Positions 1 through 11,620 of a DNA stretch of 64,000 nucleotides are shown one piece after another. Below the pieces are notes generated by a model. That model was not told the DNA's origin, did not search any database, and was given only the letters and a program-made list of their open reading frames with translations. The stretch comes from an uncultured Methanomicrobiaceae archaeon (lineage in GTDB: Archaea > Halobacteriota > Methanomicrobia > Methanomicrobiales > Methanoculleaceae). The DNA is taken from positions 512,001 through 576,000 of the forward strand of contig CAWGXH010000003.1 in assembly GCA_963826525.1 (NCBI GenBank), in the 5' to 3' direction. Positions within the stretch are counted from its first letter, which is position 1. Every line of letters begins with the position of its first letter. Made by a program: the position numbers and the translations under genes.

Positions 1-435
1 AATAAAACCGAGGGCGGAGACTTCGAGATCGTAGTAGCGCCCCTCGGGAGATCGGAAGGAACGATCCTCGGCACTTCAGGTGACGATCAGTATCCCGATG
101 TCTCGAGTGACGGCAGTCGCGTCGCCTGGATCAGCTTCCTCGAGAACCGGAGCGCCGTCTACCTCTATGACGTGGCGACGAATAACGCAACCCAGATAAC
201 CGGAGCATCCGCACTCCCGGATTCTGTTGCGGTCGATGGCAACCTCGTGGTCTACTCGGATCTGCGGAGCGGAAACCACGACATCTATCTGTATAATATC
301 ACCACCGGCATGGAGACGCCGGTCACGCAGGACCTGTACGATCAGTCCTACCCGGACGTCTCCAACGGCGAGATCGTCTGGATGGGCAACAATACCGGTC
401 ACTGGGAGATCTACCGTGCCTCTGCCGGCGGGTAG
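1..435 (+). CDS. Cell-surface beta-propeller (TolB-like, methanogen surface repeat) protein, C-terminal part
   Basis: ORF 172..435 has repeats such as VDGNLVVYSDLRSGNHDIYLYNITTG and PDVSNGEIVW. Coding continues upstream with an apparent frameshift and is cut by the window edge. Confidence 0.7.
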   Translation, partial: NKTEGGDFEIVVAPLGRSEGTILGTSGDDQYPDVSSDGSRVAWISFLENRSAVYLYDVATNNATQITGASALPDSVAVDGNLVVYSDLRSGNHDIYLYNITTGMETPVTQDLYDQSYPDVSNGEIVWMGNNTGHWEIYRASAGG

Positions 436-705
436 CGGGAGGAGAGTTGGATAACTGACGAGTCCGACACGTAACTCCGATACGGACATTCACGAGCTAG
501 TGTTCTGTGGTGGTTCCCCACCACAACGCATTCCACCTTTTTTGCTGGAGCGGGGGTAGCGAGCAACCGAAAGAGGCGATGGAGAGCCTCCCGGTGGATA
601 GGGCACCAGGTATCCTTCCCGAAGGTACAACTCGAGAGATTGCGCACGGAATCGTGACGGGTTTGCGTGTATCGGCGAAGGAGCCGGGCTGGTCTTCCCC
701 GTAGC

Positions 706-3700
706 TCACGCTTTTCGAAGCGTGAACCGGAACGCCGCGCCTTCCTCGGGGTGGCCGGCCGCCCGGTCGTCGATCCGGACTCTCCCGCCGTAGCGCTCGA
801 CGAGCGTCCGGACGATGAAGAGCCCGAGTCCCTGACCGCTCCCCCTGGCCATGCCCCGTTCGAACCGGGTGAAGAGTTTTCCTTTCACCTCGTCCGGCAC
901 GCCCGGGCCCGTGTCCTCGACCGAGACCAGCACCTCGCCGTTCCGCTCCTCGGCCCGGATGGCGATCTCGACATCCGCTCCACCGAACTTGACGGCGTTG
1001 CCGATGAGGTTCGTGAAGACGGTCGGGAGGAGGCCGTCCGCCAGCACCTCGACCGGCGAGCCGTCGTACCGGATCGATGCACCGGGGAATCGTGCGATCT
1101 CATCCCTGATGACCGCATCGAGGTTCACCGGCACCAGGTTGCCGGATTCCTCGGAAGCCCGCCGGATGGTGGCGACGTTCCGGAGTATCTCGCTGCTCCG
1201 GTCGATGCTGTCGTGCAGTTTCTCGGCATAGGTCTTCAGGTCTCCTTCCGCAAGGTCTGCGAGGAGGTCGGCGTACATGCTCGAGACGTTGTTCGCGTTC
1301 CGGACATCGTGGGTCATGATATCGAGGTACATGTTCGCCTCGTCGCGTGCCGCTTCCACCTCCCCGCTCTTCCGGACAAGATCCTCGGTGCGGCGCCGGA
1401 GCGCTTCTTCCGCCCGTTTGCGCTCGGTGATATCCATCACCATGCCGACGATAAAGCGGCGGCCGTCGGTAAGCGTGCCCGGCGAGGACGCGAAGAAACT
1501 CCAGTGCCGGGTCAGGCCGTCGCGGGTGTGGATAGGGAATTCGATCCCGATCGTGTGCCGGTCGCCCCTGAACAGTGCCTGTACGTGATCGCGCACGGCA
1601 TCCGCGCCCTCGCCGTAGGCACGGGTGAGCCAGGCGTCGAACGTTGGCACGTCCTCGAGCGTATACCCGGTCAACTCGGTCCAGGTGCGGCTGATCTGGA
1701 GCACTTCGCCGTCCTCGGCGTGCATGATGATCGGGATCGGTGCATCCTCGATGGCCAGCCGGAACCGCTCCTCGCTCTCCTTCAGGGCTTCCTCTGCCCG
1801 TTTGCGGTCGGTGATGTCGCGTGCGTTCACCAGGAAACCCCGGACGGCCGGCTCTTCCAGGAGATTGGCGCCGATTATATCCAGATACAGCCACTCTCCA
1901 GAGATGTGCCGAATCCTGACTTCGAGGGTGATCCGCTCTCTCGGATGGGCGGCAGCAGTACGGAGGGCGTCCACCACAAGCTGCAGATCGTCCGGGTGCG
2001 TCAGTTCGAGGACGCTTCTCCCGATGAGGTCTTCGGGTGCATACCCGCCGATCGGTTTCACCGACGGGCTCGCATACTGGATGCGGCCGCCCGGATCGAG
2101 GACGACGACGATGTCCGAGGCATTCTCGGTGAGCAGCCGGAACCGTTCCTCGCTCTGACGCAGGGCTTCTTCGGCCTGCTTCCGCTCGGTGATGTCCCGA
2201 ACGATCATCGTCGTCCTGACAACACCCTCCCTGTCCGTGAAGAGCGCGGACGATACCTCGCCGGGGAAGGTGGTCCCGTCTTTTCGCCGGAGCCTGAGTT
2301 CTCCTTTGAACCTCCCGGTCCTGGCCCTCTCCTCGAGAGCGGGCTTGAGGCGCGGATCCGAGAGATCCGCGACACCGTTCCTGCCTGCGCGGATCAGCTC
2401 CTCCTCGGTCATTCCGAAGATCCGGCGGGCCTCGGCATTGGCAGCGTAGATCGAGCCGTCGGGATCCGTGAGAAGAACCGCGTCGATGCTGTTCTCGACG
2501 AGGTTCCGGTACCGATCCTCGCTCTCCCGCAATGCCTCTTCGGCCCGTTTCCGGTCGGTGATATCGGTGAAGCTCTCGAGAGCCTGCGTCGACTTGGCCG
2601 GATGCATCCTTAATCGGCTGGGCAATAATGCGTGTACCAGCGCCCACGTTCCGGGTTGTACTTCTCAACTTTCGCAACTTCGCCCGTTGCAAAGACGCGC
2701 TGTGCCGCACACACTTCGCACGGCTCGCTCCTGCCTCCGTAGAATCGATAGCATCTCCGGCCGACGGGCTCCTGTTCGGGAAACAGGTCGCGGGTCTTCT
2801 GGTTTACCCAGACGATTGTCATATCCGGGTCGATGAGTGACTGTGCCGTATCAAGCGCGGACAGGATGGAACCTGCCCGTTCCTTCTCCCGGCACAGGGC
2901 CTCCTCCACTCGCTTGCGTTCTTCGATCTCGATCCGGAGCCGGTTATTGGCACGCTCGAGTTCGGCAGTCCGTTCCCTGACCCGGTCGTCGAGCTCGGCA
3001 TAGGCCATCTGTAACGCTTCTTCGGCTTGCTTTCGCTCGGTGATGTCAATCGCAACACCAATCTTTTGCTTGAGCGAACCGTCTGCGTTTCTCAGAAATG
3101 GACGTTCGTACGTATGCAGGATGCGCCATGAGCCGTCTTGATCTCTTGTGCGATGTTCATTTTCCAGAATCTCATTGTCTGCGGCAGATAGAACCTTTGA
3201 CTGGAAGGCGATCACTCTTTGCAGATCGTCGGGATGGATCATGTTGGCAAACAGTTCCGCACCCATGGCTCGAACGTGCCCGGTCGAATACCCCAGAATT
3301 CGCTGGATGCCATTGTTGGAGTACACGTTGCTCTGCGTCTCCAGATCATAGATATAGATAATAGCAGGAGAGGTATTCACGACCGATGAGAGAAAATGTT
3401 CCTGTTCCAGCAATGCCTCCTCCAGCCTCTTGCGCTCTTCAACTTCGGCTTTAAGTTTGGTATTGGACAGTTGAGCTCCGCCGTTCTCTCCCGGACACGG
3501 CACTCCAGTTCATCCCGTGCCTCCCGCAGTGCCTTCTCCGCCTGCTTTCGCTCGGTGATGTCCAGCACCCCCGCGATAGCGCCGGAATACTTCCCCTTAC
3601 TGCTGTAGAGTGGAGAGGTGACCAGCAGGGTATCGATACGGCTCCCGTCCTTGCGGATGAACGTATATTCCATCTGCTCGCTCACCCCCGCCCTTCGGCG

Positions 3701-4357
3701 CTCCTTCTCTTCATCCAGACGGCCCCTGTCCTCTTCGGGAAGGAACTGCGCAAAGGGTTTTCCCACCACCTCTTTGACGGTGTAGCCGAGCATCTCCGCC
3801 ATCCGCTCGTTGACGAAGGTGATACGTGCACCGGTATCGATCGCCCCGATGCCCTCGCTCAGGCTCTCCGGAAGTGCCTGGAGTTCTTCGGTCAGGGCAT
3901 GCAGCTCCTCGTTTGCAGTCGCAGGATCTTCGGCCTGCTGCTCGCCATGCCGAACCGCCGGTATCCGAGCCTCAGCCGGATGGAGGCTGATGAGCTGCAC
4001 GCCCCGGAGCGGTTCGTCCTGCATGACGCTGCTTGAGACGAGAACCGGGTGCTCCTGACCGTCGGAGGAACGGATGGTGCAGGTGAGATCGGTGACCTCG
4101 TGCCGCCCGGAGAGCAATGCCGTTATCTTCGCCGCGCACGTTTCGTCTGCGATCTGCGGTGTCAGGTGCAGGCGCACGAACCGGTCTGCGTCGCTGCCGT
4201 GGAGGGCGTCCCGATCGATGCCGAGGAGGCGCTCGAGCGGGCGGTTGATCCAGGCCACACGGGTGTCGCGATCGATCAGGAGCGCCCCCTCGGTGAGCGT
4301 ATCAAGTATGACTGCTGCCGACTGCAATTCGGCTGAGAAATAGCGGGGTGAACTCAT
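706..4357 (-). CDS. Multi-PAS sensor histidine kinase (about 7 PAS + HisKA + HATPase), split by frameshifts into ORFs 3377..4357, 2610..3503 and 706..2625
   Basis: Repeated PAS/PAC modules ending DITE/DRK; H-box THDVRN; N-box NLIGNAVKF; G boxes DTGPG and GQGLG. The ORFs overlap and protein sense continues across about 3470 and about 2590-2630. Confidence 0.85.
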
Positions 4358-4388
4358 TGCGTAAGTACTCCTGCAGGCTCGATTTCAA

Positions 4389-4400
4389 GTTTTTATAAAT
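4389..4400 (-). promoter_or_regulatory. Putative archaeal TATA box for the 4357 kinase gene
   Basis: Minus strand reads ATTTATAAAA about 35-40 nt upstream of the ATG at 4357, in an otherwise GC-rich region. Confidence 0.5.
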
Positions 4401-4676
4401 GATAGTGCATAAAGCCTTTCAACGACGAATAAACGAAATGAAGAAATGCCTCCAGTCTCTCCGGAATTGCAATCGTTCAGACCGGCACGAACGGATCATC
4501 TGTTCATGGAGGCAAAAAGGGTTTGCATCGATACCGTCCTCCTCGCTTGCGGCGGTCCGGCTGCATGAGCGAACGGGATGCTGCGTTATCCTCTCGATCC
4601 CGCCTCCGCCCTCCTCCCGGGAAGACGGGTAACGGCAGCAGGCGGCCATCCGAACGGAAAAAGGGTGCATCCGCCC

Positions 4677-6342
4677 TCACGCCATCTCGTTGCGCTGCAG
4701 AAACGCCCGTATCGCCCGGGACTCCACCCATCCCCGGTCGAGCTGCCCGACGATATCGTTGATCCGCTGCACCTGCTCCCGGATACTCACGGCGGCCGTT
4801 GCGTCCTCGAGCAGATCCGCCCGGGCCAGGATAACCTGCAGGGGGTGGCGGATATGGTCGCCGAGGATAGCGAACTGCTCCATGTTCTGTTCGATCTGGG
4901 CATACGCCTGCCGCCGGATCGCTTCGTGATGTTTCCGGTCGGTGATGTCGTACATGATGCCGTGGCTTGCTACGGCGCGGCCGGCAGCATCGTAGGCGAA
5001 CCTGCGGGCAGCATGGATCCAGCGCTCCTTGCCGCCGGGCAGGCAGACGCGGTAGTCCATCACGAAATCCTTCCGGTCACGGATACTCCGCTCGAGCTCC
5101 GCGATGACGTGCTCGCGGTCATCGGGGTGCAGTCGGTCGACAAGGGCGGCGATGCCCGGTTCGACGCTCCCGGGTGCATACCCGAGCAGCTCGCACTGCC
5201 GGGGATTCCACTCTGTTCTGCCGCTCTCGAGATCCCAGAACGATATCCCGGCCGAGATGGCATCCAGTGCCAGTCCCAGCCTGTCGCGGCTCGTGCGCAG
5301 TTCGTCTTCGATCCGTTTCCGCCCGGTGATATCCTGCACCACCGAGAGAAGGTACCGCTCTCCGCCTACCGTCACCACGTCCTGGTTGCTCGAGATGATA
5401 CGCATCTCGCCGGATTTCGTGAACAGCGATTTCTCCAGATCGCGCACCGAACCTTTCCGCAGAAGCTCGGCCATGAGGCGTGAGCGTCCCTCGGGGTCGG
5501 GGTCGATGCCCAGCTCGAAACGGTTTTTGCCGAGCGCCTCCTGCCTGGTGTAGCCGAATGTCTTCACCCACTGCTCGTTAACATTCACGTACGCACCGCC
5601 GTCCCGCCGGGCCAGCGAGATCGGGAAGGGCGCCCGCTCGAAGATGAGGAAGAATCTCCGCTCGCTCTCCTGCAGGGCACGCTTCGAGATGAGGCGGTGC
5701 ATGGCGATGGCGATGTAGTCGGCGACGGCCTTCATCACCGCGAGGTCTCTCTCCGGGAAACGGGTGCGTGAACGGGTTCCGAAGGAGAGCGTACCGAGGA
5801 CGGCACCTTCTACGATGAGCGGATGGCATGCATACGCCTGCACGCCATAGGATCTGACCAGCTCCGTTCGGGGGTCGGGTGTGGTGGGGATCTCTTCCGC
5901 CACAATCCGGCAGGCATCCCGGGCTGCACACCCGCAGACGGCGGTGCCGTAGTCCAGCCACTCGATCTTCCGCGCCTCCTCCTCCGGAATACCGCCCACT
6001 GGCATTCAGGTGCATGCAGCCTTTCTCCGGGTCAGCGAGGTAGTTGAAGAAGACGTCGCACTCCAGAAACGCCATGGTCTTCCGGCAGAGATCATTGGCG
6101 ATCGCCTGGGGATTCTCGGCCGTAAGGAGCCGGCTTGCCACATCCGCCAGGAGCTCCTCGCGGCGTTTACTCCAGAGAAGGCTTTCCTCCGCCTGCCTGA
6201 GTTCTGCGTTCTCCCGGCGAAGAGCCTCGATCTCTGCCTGCAGCCGGGTGACGAGTCCGGCATCCGGGCAGTCCCCTGCCGGCTCTCCTTCCTCCTGTTC
6301 GCGAACCGTGTTCTTTCCTGGGGAGTGAGGTGGTGCGGTCAT
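4677..6342 (-). CDS. GAF-PAS-PAS protein with C-terminal HisKA-like helical tail and no HATPase; frameshift near 6003
   Basis: ORFs 5578..6342 (N-terminus) and 4677..6005 join. GAF motif GTAVCGCAARD...YACHPL...LGTLSFG, two PAS domains, tail MEQFAILGDHIRHPLQVI. Confidence 0.8.
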
Positions 6343-6532
6343 ATGCGTATCCGTATGCTGTCCGGGTAAAATGGAGGAGAAAGCTCTACTCGCATTTACA
6401 TAGCAGTAACGATCCGTCTCCCACGATAGCGATCGTTACCGGGGGGCAGGGAAGTCGTCGGCCTGCGTGTTCGCCGAAAATGTTCAGTTAAAAACTGCTC
6501 CGGGATCCCCGGCGGCCGGGTCTCTCCGTAGC

Positions 6533-8284
6533 TCACGCTTTTCGAAGCGTGAACCGGAACGCCGCCCCTTTCTCAGGGTGGCCCGGCACCCGGTCGTCGA
6601 CCCGGATATGGCCGCCGTAGCGCTCGACGAGGATCTGCACGAGGTAGAGCCCGAGCCCTTCGCCGACGCCCCGCTTCTGCTGCTCGTACCGGTGGAAGAT
6701 CGCATCCTTCTCATCGTCCGGAACGCCCGGGCCGGTGTCCTCGACCGTTACCCGGATGAACTCGTCCATGTCTTCCACCCGGACGGTGATCTCGACATCG
6801 AGACCGCCGTGCTTCACGGCGTTGCCGATGAGATTGTTGAAGATCACGGAGAGCAGATCGTTTGCCAGGACCTGCGAGTGGCCCCCTTCGTAGCGGAGGG
6901 TGCTGCCCGGGAAGTTCTCGATCACCTCACGGGCGACCGCGTCGAGATCCACCGGTCTGAGCTCGGACGATGCCCGGTGAATCTGGCGGATGGTTGAGAC
7001 GGTCTTTAAGATCTCGATGCTCTTCTGGACGCTCTGCTGCAGTCTCTTCGCGTAGTCGGCCGCCTCTCCCTCCAGGGAGTCGATTAAGAGGTCGGCGTAG
7101 AGGTTCGAGACGTTCTCGGTGTTGCCGATGTCGTGGGTGAGGATGTCCAGGTACAGATTCGCCTCCCGGTGAGCGGACTCGAGATCCCGGCTCTGCCGGA
7201 CGAGGTCGTCGGTGCGGCGCCGGAGCCCCTCTTCCGCCTGCTTCCGCTCGGTAACATCCATCAGGTTCTGCACGACCGCCGGTTTGCCGTGGTAGACCGT
7301 CGGGCACCCATATGCCTCGATGGCGATAATCCGGCGGTCTTTTCTCACTCCCCGGAACTCGTAGTGTGCATAGGGCTGTGCAGAGGCGGCCATCCGGCCG
7401 ATCGTCTCCTCCACGCCGGCCCGGTCTTCGGGAGCCACCAGATCCCAAAACTCCTTCCCTGCACGGAGTTCGTCATGGGTGTAGCCGAACATCTCGGAGA
7501 ACCGTGCATTGGCGTAGCGGATCACGCCGTCCTGAACCAGGTGAATCCCCACGAGCGACCGCTCGACGGGATTTCGGAACATCTCCTCGGATTCACGCAG
7601 CGCCTGCTCGATCTGCCTCCTCATGGCGATCTCATCGCGGTACGCAGCGGTACGCTCCTCGACCAGCACCTCGAGGGTATCGTTCAACACCCGCAGTTCC
7701 TCCGATGCCTGCTCTGCCTCGGCGTGCTTCTGGATAGCAGCCTGGTATGCGGAGAGGAAGAATTTGATCAGCTTCTGCTGCGAACCGCAGACCTGATACT
7801 GTTCATCATCGCACCGGATCTCGATCGGCGGACAGAACTCCTCGTCGTGTGCCCTGCTTACCCGGCTTGACAGGAACCCTTCGATCTGCGAGAGGAGAAA
7901 CTGCTGATCGGAGGATTTGATGATGAAGTTGTCAGCCCCGCACTCCAGCGCCTGAAGCACGTCGCGGGGATGGGAGAGATTTGTGACCAGGATCAGGGGA
8001 ATGTCCTTGAGACCAGGAGCGGTCTTCATCCTGCGGCAGAGCTCGAAACCGTCCATCTCCGGCATGAGGATATCGCTGATCACGATATCGGGCCTCTCTT
8101 TCTCTATCGCTGCAAGAGCGGCGTTCCCGTTCTCTGCAACCGTGACGGCATATCCGTTCTGCTCGAAGACGTGCCTTAAGTATGCCGCCTGGGTGGAACT
8201 ATCCTCAGCGAGCAGTATCCTCCGCTGCCCCCACCGGGCACCTGACCCGCGCGTCTCACCGGAAATCTTGCTCACGTGTTTCAC
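6533..8284 (-). CDS. Hybrid response regulator/sensor kinase (REC-PAS-HisKA-HATPase), output gene of the chemosensory operon
   Basis: REC motifs ILLAEDS...SDILMPEMDG...FIIK; PAS; H-box THDIGN; NLIGNAVKH; DTGPG; GEGLG. Overlaps the end of cheB. Confidence 0.9.
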   Translation of the reverse strand: MKHVSKISGETRGSGARWGQRRILLAEDSSTQAAYLRHVFEQNGYAVTVAENGNAALAAIEKERPDIVISDILMPEMDGFELCRRMKTAPGLKDIPLILVTNLSHPRDVLQALECGADNFIIKSSDQQFLLSQIEGFLSSRVSRAHDEEFCPPIEIRCDDEQYQVCGSQQKLIKFFLSAYQAAIQKHAEAEQASEELRVLNDTLEVLVEERTAAYRDEIAMRRQIEQALRESEEMFRNPVERSLVGIHLVQDGVIRYANARFSEMFGYTHDELRAGKEFWDLVAPEDRAGVEETIGRMAASAQPYAHYEFRGVRKDRRIIAIEAYGCPTVYHGKPAVVQNLMDVTERKQAEEGLRRRTDDLVRQSRDLESAHREANLYLDILTHDIGNTENVSNLYADLLIDSLEGEAADYAKRLQQSVQKSIEILKTVSTIRQIHRASSELRPVDLDAVAREVIENFPGSTLRYEGGHSQVLANDLLSVIFNNLIGNAVKHGGLDVEITVRVEDMDEFIRVTVEDTGPGVPDDEKDAIFHRYEQQKRGVGEGLGLYLVQILVERYGGHIRVDDRVPGHPEKGAAFRFTLRKA

Positions 8285-9380
8285 CTGGATCTGGAGAGTC
8301 GTGCGATCTCTGCTTTTGAATGCTGGCTGTTCGATCGGCTTCCTGGAGCGTCAGAGGAGCCGTGAGGTCCGTGATGAGGGCGGCGATCGCCTCCGGAGGA
8401 AGGATATACTCGGCAGCCCCGATCCGAATGGCTTCGGCGGGCATGCCGAATACGGTGGAACTCTCCTCATCCTGAACAAATGTCACCGCATGGTGGTCCC
8501 TCATCAACTTTAACTCTGCCGCTCCATCCCGCCCCATGCCCGAGAGCAGTACCCCCACGGCATCCCTGCCGAACACCCGGCATACCGACCGGAGCAGATA
8601 CGACGCAGAGGGGCGAAGGCTGTGCTCGGGAGAACCATCGGCGAGTGCGATCCGTCCCTCCCGATCCACGCCCATATGCATCCCCTCGGGGGCGAGGTAT
8701 GCCCGACCGGGCAGGAGCGGTTCGCCGTCCACGGCCGCATGGACGGGAAACTGCGTTGTTGCCTCGAGCCACCTGGCAAACCCTTCCGTAAACCCGGAGG
8801 AGATGTGCTGGACGATCAGTACGGGCACCGGAAGGTCTCCGGGGAGCCGGGAGAGGAGTTTCTGCAGGGCGGCCGGCCCGCCCGTGGAGGCTCCGATGGC
8901 GATTACCTTGATATTTCTCGGGAGATCTTCTTTTGGAGCGGGCGCGACCTGCACCTTCCTGCAACGGGGGTACCGCCGCACGACCCGGACATCGGCGAGT
9001 GCCTTCACCGCTTCTACGAGTTCCCGTGCAGCAAGATCGTCGCTCTGCCCCTCCCCTCCCCGGGGCTTCTGGATACAGGTGAGTGCTCCGGCATCGAGGG
9101 CCTGGAATGAGACTTCGACCTCGTGGGGATCCCGGTTTGCCGTCATGGCGATGATCGGGGTCGGCACCGTCTCCATGATCCGCCGGCAGGCCTCAAAACC
9201 GCTCATCCGCGGCATCACAATATCCATCGTGACGATCCTGGGGCGCAGTTCACGTACCTTCGCGATCGCCTCTTCCCCACTCGCCGCCGTCCCGATGACC
9301 CGGATCCCGGGTTCCGCACCGAGAATATGGGTGAGCAGCTCGCGTGCCACGGGTGAGTCGTCCACGACCAGAACCGTGAT
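8256..9380 (-). CDS. cheB: Chemotaxis methylesterase CheB (REC + methylesterase), WspF-like
   Basis: VLVVDDS REC start; catalytic motifs GASTGGP, VQH and LSGMGRDG. Exact start codon uncertain. Confidence 0.93.
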   Translation of the reverse strand: MTVLVVDDSPVARELLTHILGAEPGIRVIGTAASGEEAIAKVRELRPRIVTMDIVMPRMSGFEACRRIMETVPTPIIAMTANRDPHEVEVSFQALDAGALTCIQKPRGGEGQSDDLAARELVEAVKALADVRVVRRYPRCRKVQVAPAPKEDLPRNIKVIAIGASTGGPAALQKLLSRLPGDLPVPVLIVQHISSGFTEGFARWLEATTQFPVHAAVDGEPLLPGRAYLAPEGMHMGVDREGRIALADGSPEHSLRPSASYLLRSVCRVFGRDAVGVLLSGMGRDGAAELKLMRDHHAVTFVQDEESSTVFGMPAEAIRIGAAEYILPPEAIAALITDLTAPLTLQEADRTASIQKQRSHDSPDPGETREQDFR

Positions 9381-9397
9381 CTGCGGGGCTGCCGGAT

Positions 9398-11605
9398 CTA
9401 CAGGAGCCGTGCAACCGCCTCCAGAAGATCGGTCTGGTCGAAAGCGCTCTTCACGATGTAGGCATTGGCACCGGCATCGATGCCCCGCTCGCGGTCTTCA
9501 CGGGAGTCGAGGGCGGTCACCAGGACCACCGGTAGATCGGCAAGGGCCTCATCGCCCCGGATGCGCCTGACCAGCTCAAAGCCGTTCATCCGGGGCATAT
9601 CGATGTCGGAGACGACCAGGTGGAATCTCTCGGTCTTCAGGGCCATCCAGGCATCGAACCCGTCGACGGCGGTCTTTACCGAGTACCCGGCCGCTTCGAG
9701 GATGTTCCGGAGCAGGGACCGTGCGGTGATCGAGTCCTCGACCACCAGGATGCGATAGCGCTTCGGTACCGGTACGGGATGTTCTATCGCCACCCTCCCC
9801 TGTCCTTCTGACCGCAGGGCAGAGCGTACGAGATCCGGTGCATGGAGGACCGGCAGCGGGACACCGCTGCCGAGGATCGCGGCACCGGCTACATTCCGCA
9901 CGCGGGAGAGCTGATGGCCAAGATTTTTTACCAGGAACTCCTGAGCCCCGAGGACCGCGTCGACGGCAAGCGCGATCCGTTGACCCCCGGCAACGACGAT
10001 GAGGAGCGTGCGTGCGGTCCGCAGGTCTGCGGGCTGCGGTTCCGCCGGGAGTTCCAGCAGCGTTGCGAGGGGAATGACGGGGAGTATGCGACCGTCGTAG
10101 GAGATCGTCTCGCGGTTCTCCATCCGGATGACCGGATCTCCCCGCAGCCGGAGAACCCGCTCGATCGAAAAGCTCGGGACGCCGAAGGTCTGGCCGCCGC
10201 TCTGGACCAGCACTCCGCGGAAGGTCGCCCGCGTCAGGGGGAGCTGCAGGTACACACGGGTTCCCGCTCCGGCTGCGGACTCCACCCAGAGCGTTCCCCC
10301 GAGATCCTCCACCTTCTCCTGCACGATAGCAAGGCCGAGGCCTCTTCCCGAGAGTTCCGTCTCCCGGGGCTGTGTGCTGATGCCGGATTGGAAGACGAGC
10401 GAGAGCGCCTCCTGTCTGCCGAGCGCGGCCACCTCCTCCTCCGACAGGATGCCCGAGCGCACGGCTGCAGAGAGAACGCCGGGCAGATCGATTCCGGCAC
10501 CGTCGTCCTCGACGACCACCTCGACCCGGTCTCCTTCCACGGGGCTGATCGAGAGGGCGATCCGCCCGCGGCGCGGTTTTTTGCGCTCCTCCCGCACCTC
10601 CGGCGGTTCAATCCCGTGACCGATGCTGTTTCGCACCAGGTGCATCAGCGGGTCTTTCATCTCTTCCAGGATTCTCCGGTCGATCTCGACGTCTCCCCCG
10701 GCAATCTCGAGCGCGATCTCCTTCCCCTGGCTCCGGGCAAGTTCCCGCACCATCAGGGGGAACCCCTCGAGGAGGGACGAGAACGGAACCATCACCAGCC
10801 GGCGCGTATCGCTCTGCAGCTGGCCTATCGCGAATACCGCCGACCTCCGGCGCTGATCGGAGTTCCGGATGGAGCGGTCGAGCCTGCGTTCCAGGGCAAC
10901 GAGCAAGTCCCGGTTTCCCGTCTGCATACCGGAGGACGGCTCCGCATCGGCACCATGGCTGCCCAGCACCTCCTCCCACTCCTGCACCATTCCCCGGAGT
11001 TCGAGCAGGTCCTGGTGGTGCTGGTCTGCAGCATGTTTCAGCCCGATCAACTCCTCGGCCTCCAGGACGAGAGCATCCAGTTTCTCCACCGAAACCCGTA
11101 TGGTCTCGGTCGGGGCCGGTGCAGGAGATATCGTCTCTTCGGAGAGAATCTGCTCCTCCACGGGTCTTTGGGGTGGGGGTGGGGAAGGCTCTCTCCCCGA
11201 CAGGATCCGCTCGAGGAGACCCGTGATTGCCCGGAGCTGCTCCCGCCCTTTCGAGGAATGCTCAAGCTCGGGCGCGGCAACCCTTCTTTCGATCTCTTTT
11301 ACCGTCCCATGGAGGGCGTCGAAGATATCGCCGGATACGGAGAGTTCGCGGCGCTTCATCGCGGCAAAGATACTCTCCATCCGCTGGCAGAGCAGTTCGA
11401 TATCCCTCCGGTCGACCGCCCGTGCCGCACCCTTCAGGCTGTGAGCCTCCCGGAAGAGCTGTTCGATGCATGCGGCCTCTTCGGCCCCCGCAAGACCCTG
11501 TTCCAGTGCGAGCAGGCGGGAGGAGAGCGCCTGCATATGCTCTTTCGCCTCCTCGGCAAATGTCGCCATCAGGCGTTTGAGGAACTCCGGGTCTTTGCCA
11601 GCCAT
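9398..11605 (-). CDS. cheA: Hybrid CheA kinase with C-terminal receiver (WspE-like)
   Basis: Hpt motif FREAHSLKGAAR; HATPase HLVRNSIGHG, DDGAG, SGRGLG; CheW domain; C-terminal REC VVEDS...SDIDMPRMNG. Confidence 0.95.
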   Translation of the reverse strand: MAGKDPEFLKRLMATFAEEAKEHMQALSSRLLALEQGLAGAEEAACIEQLFREAHSLKGAARAVDRRDIELLCQRMESIFAAMKRRELSVSGDIFDALHGTVKEIERRVAAPELEHSSKGREQLRAITGLLERILSGREPSPPPPQRPVEEQILSEETISPAPAPTETIRVSVEKLDALVLEAEELIGLKHAADQHHQDLLELRGMVQEWEEVLGSHGADAEPSSGMQTGNRDLLVALERRLDRSIRNSDQRRRSAVFAIGQLQSDTRRLVMVPFSSLLEGFPLMVRELARSQGKEIALEIAGGDVEIDRRILEEMKDPLMHLVRNSIGHGIEPPEVREERKKPRRGRIALSISPVEGDRVEVVVEDDGAGIDLPGVLSAAVRSGILSEEEVAALGRQEALSLVFQSGISTQPRETELSGRGLGLAIVQEKVEDLGGTLWVESAAGAGTRVYLQLPLTRATFRGVLVQSGGQTFGVPSFSIERVLRLRGDPVIRMENRETISYDGRILPVIPLATLLELPAEPQPADLRTARTLLIVVAGGQRIALAVDAVLGAQEFLVKNLGHQLSRVRNVAGAAILGSGVPLPVLHAPDLVRSALRSEGQGRVAIEHPVPVPKRYRILVVEDSITARSLLRNILEAAGYSVKTAVDGFDAWMALKTERFHLVVSDIDMPRMNGFELVRRIRGDEALADLPVVLVTALDSREDRERGIDAGANAYIVKSAFDQTDLLEAVARLL

Positions 11606-11620
11606 GACGCTTCAGTGTAT

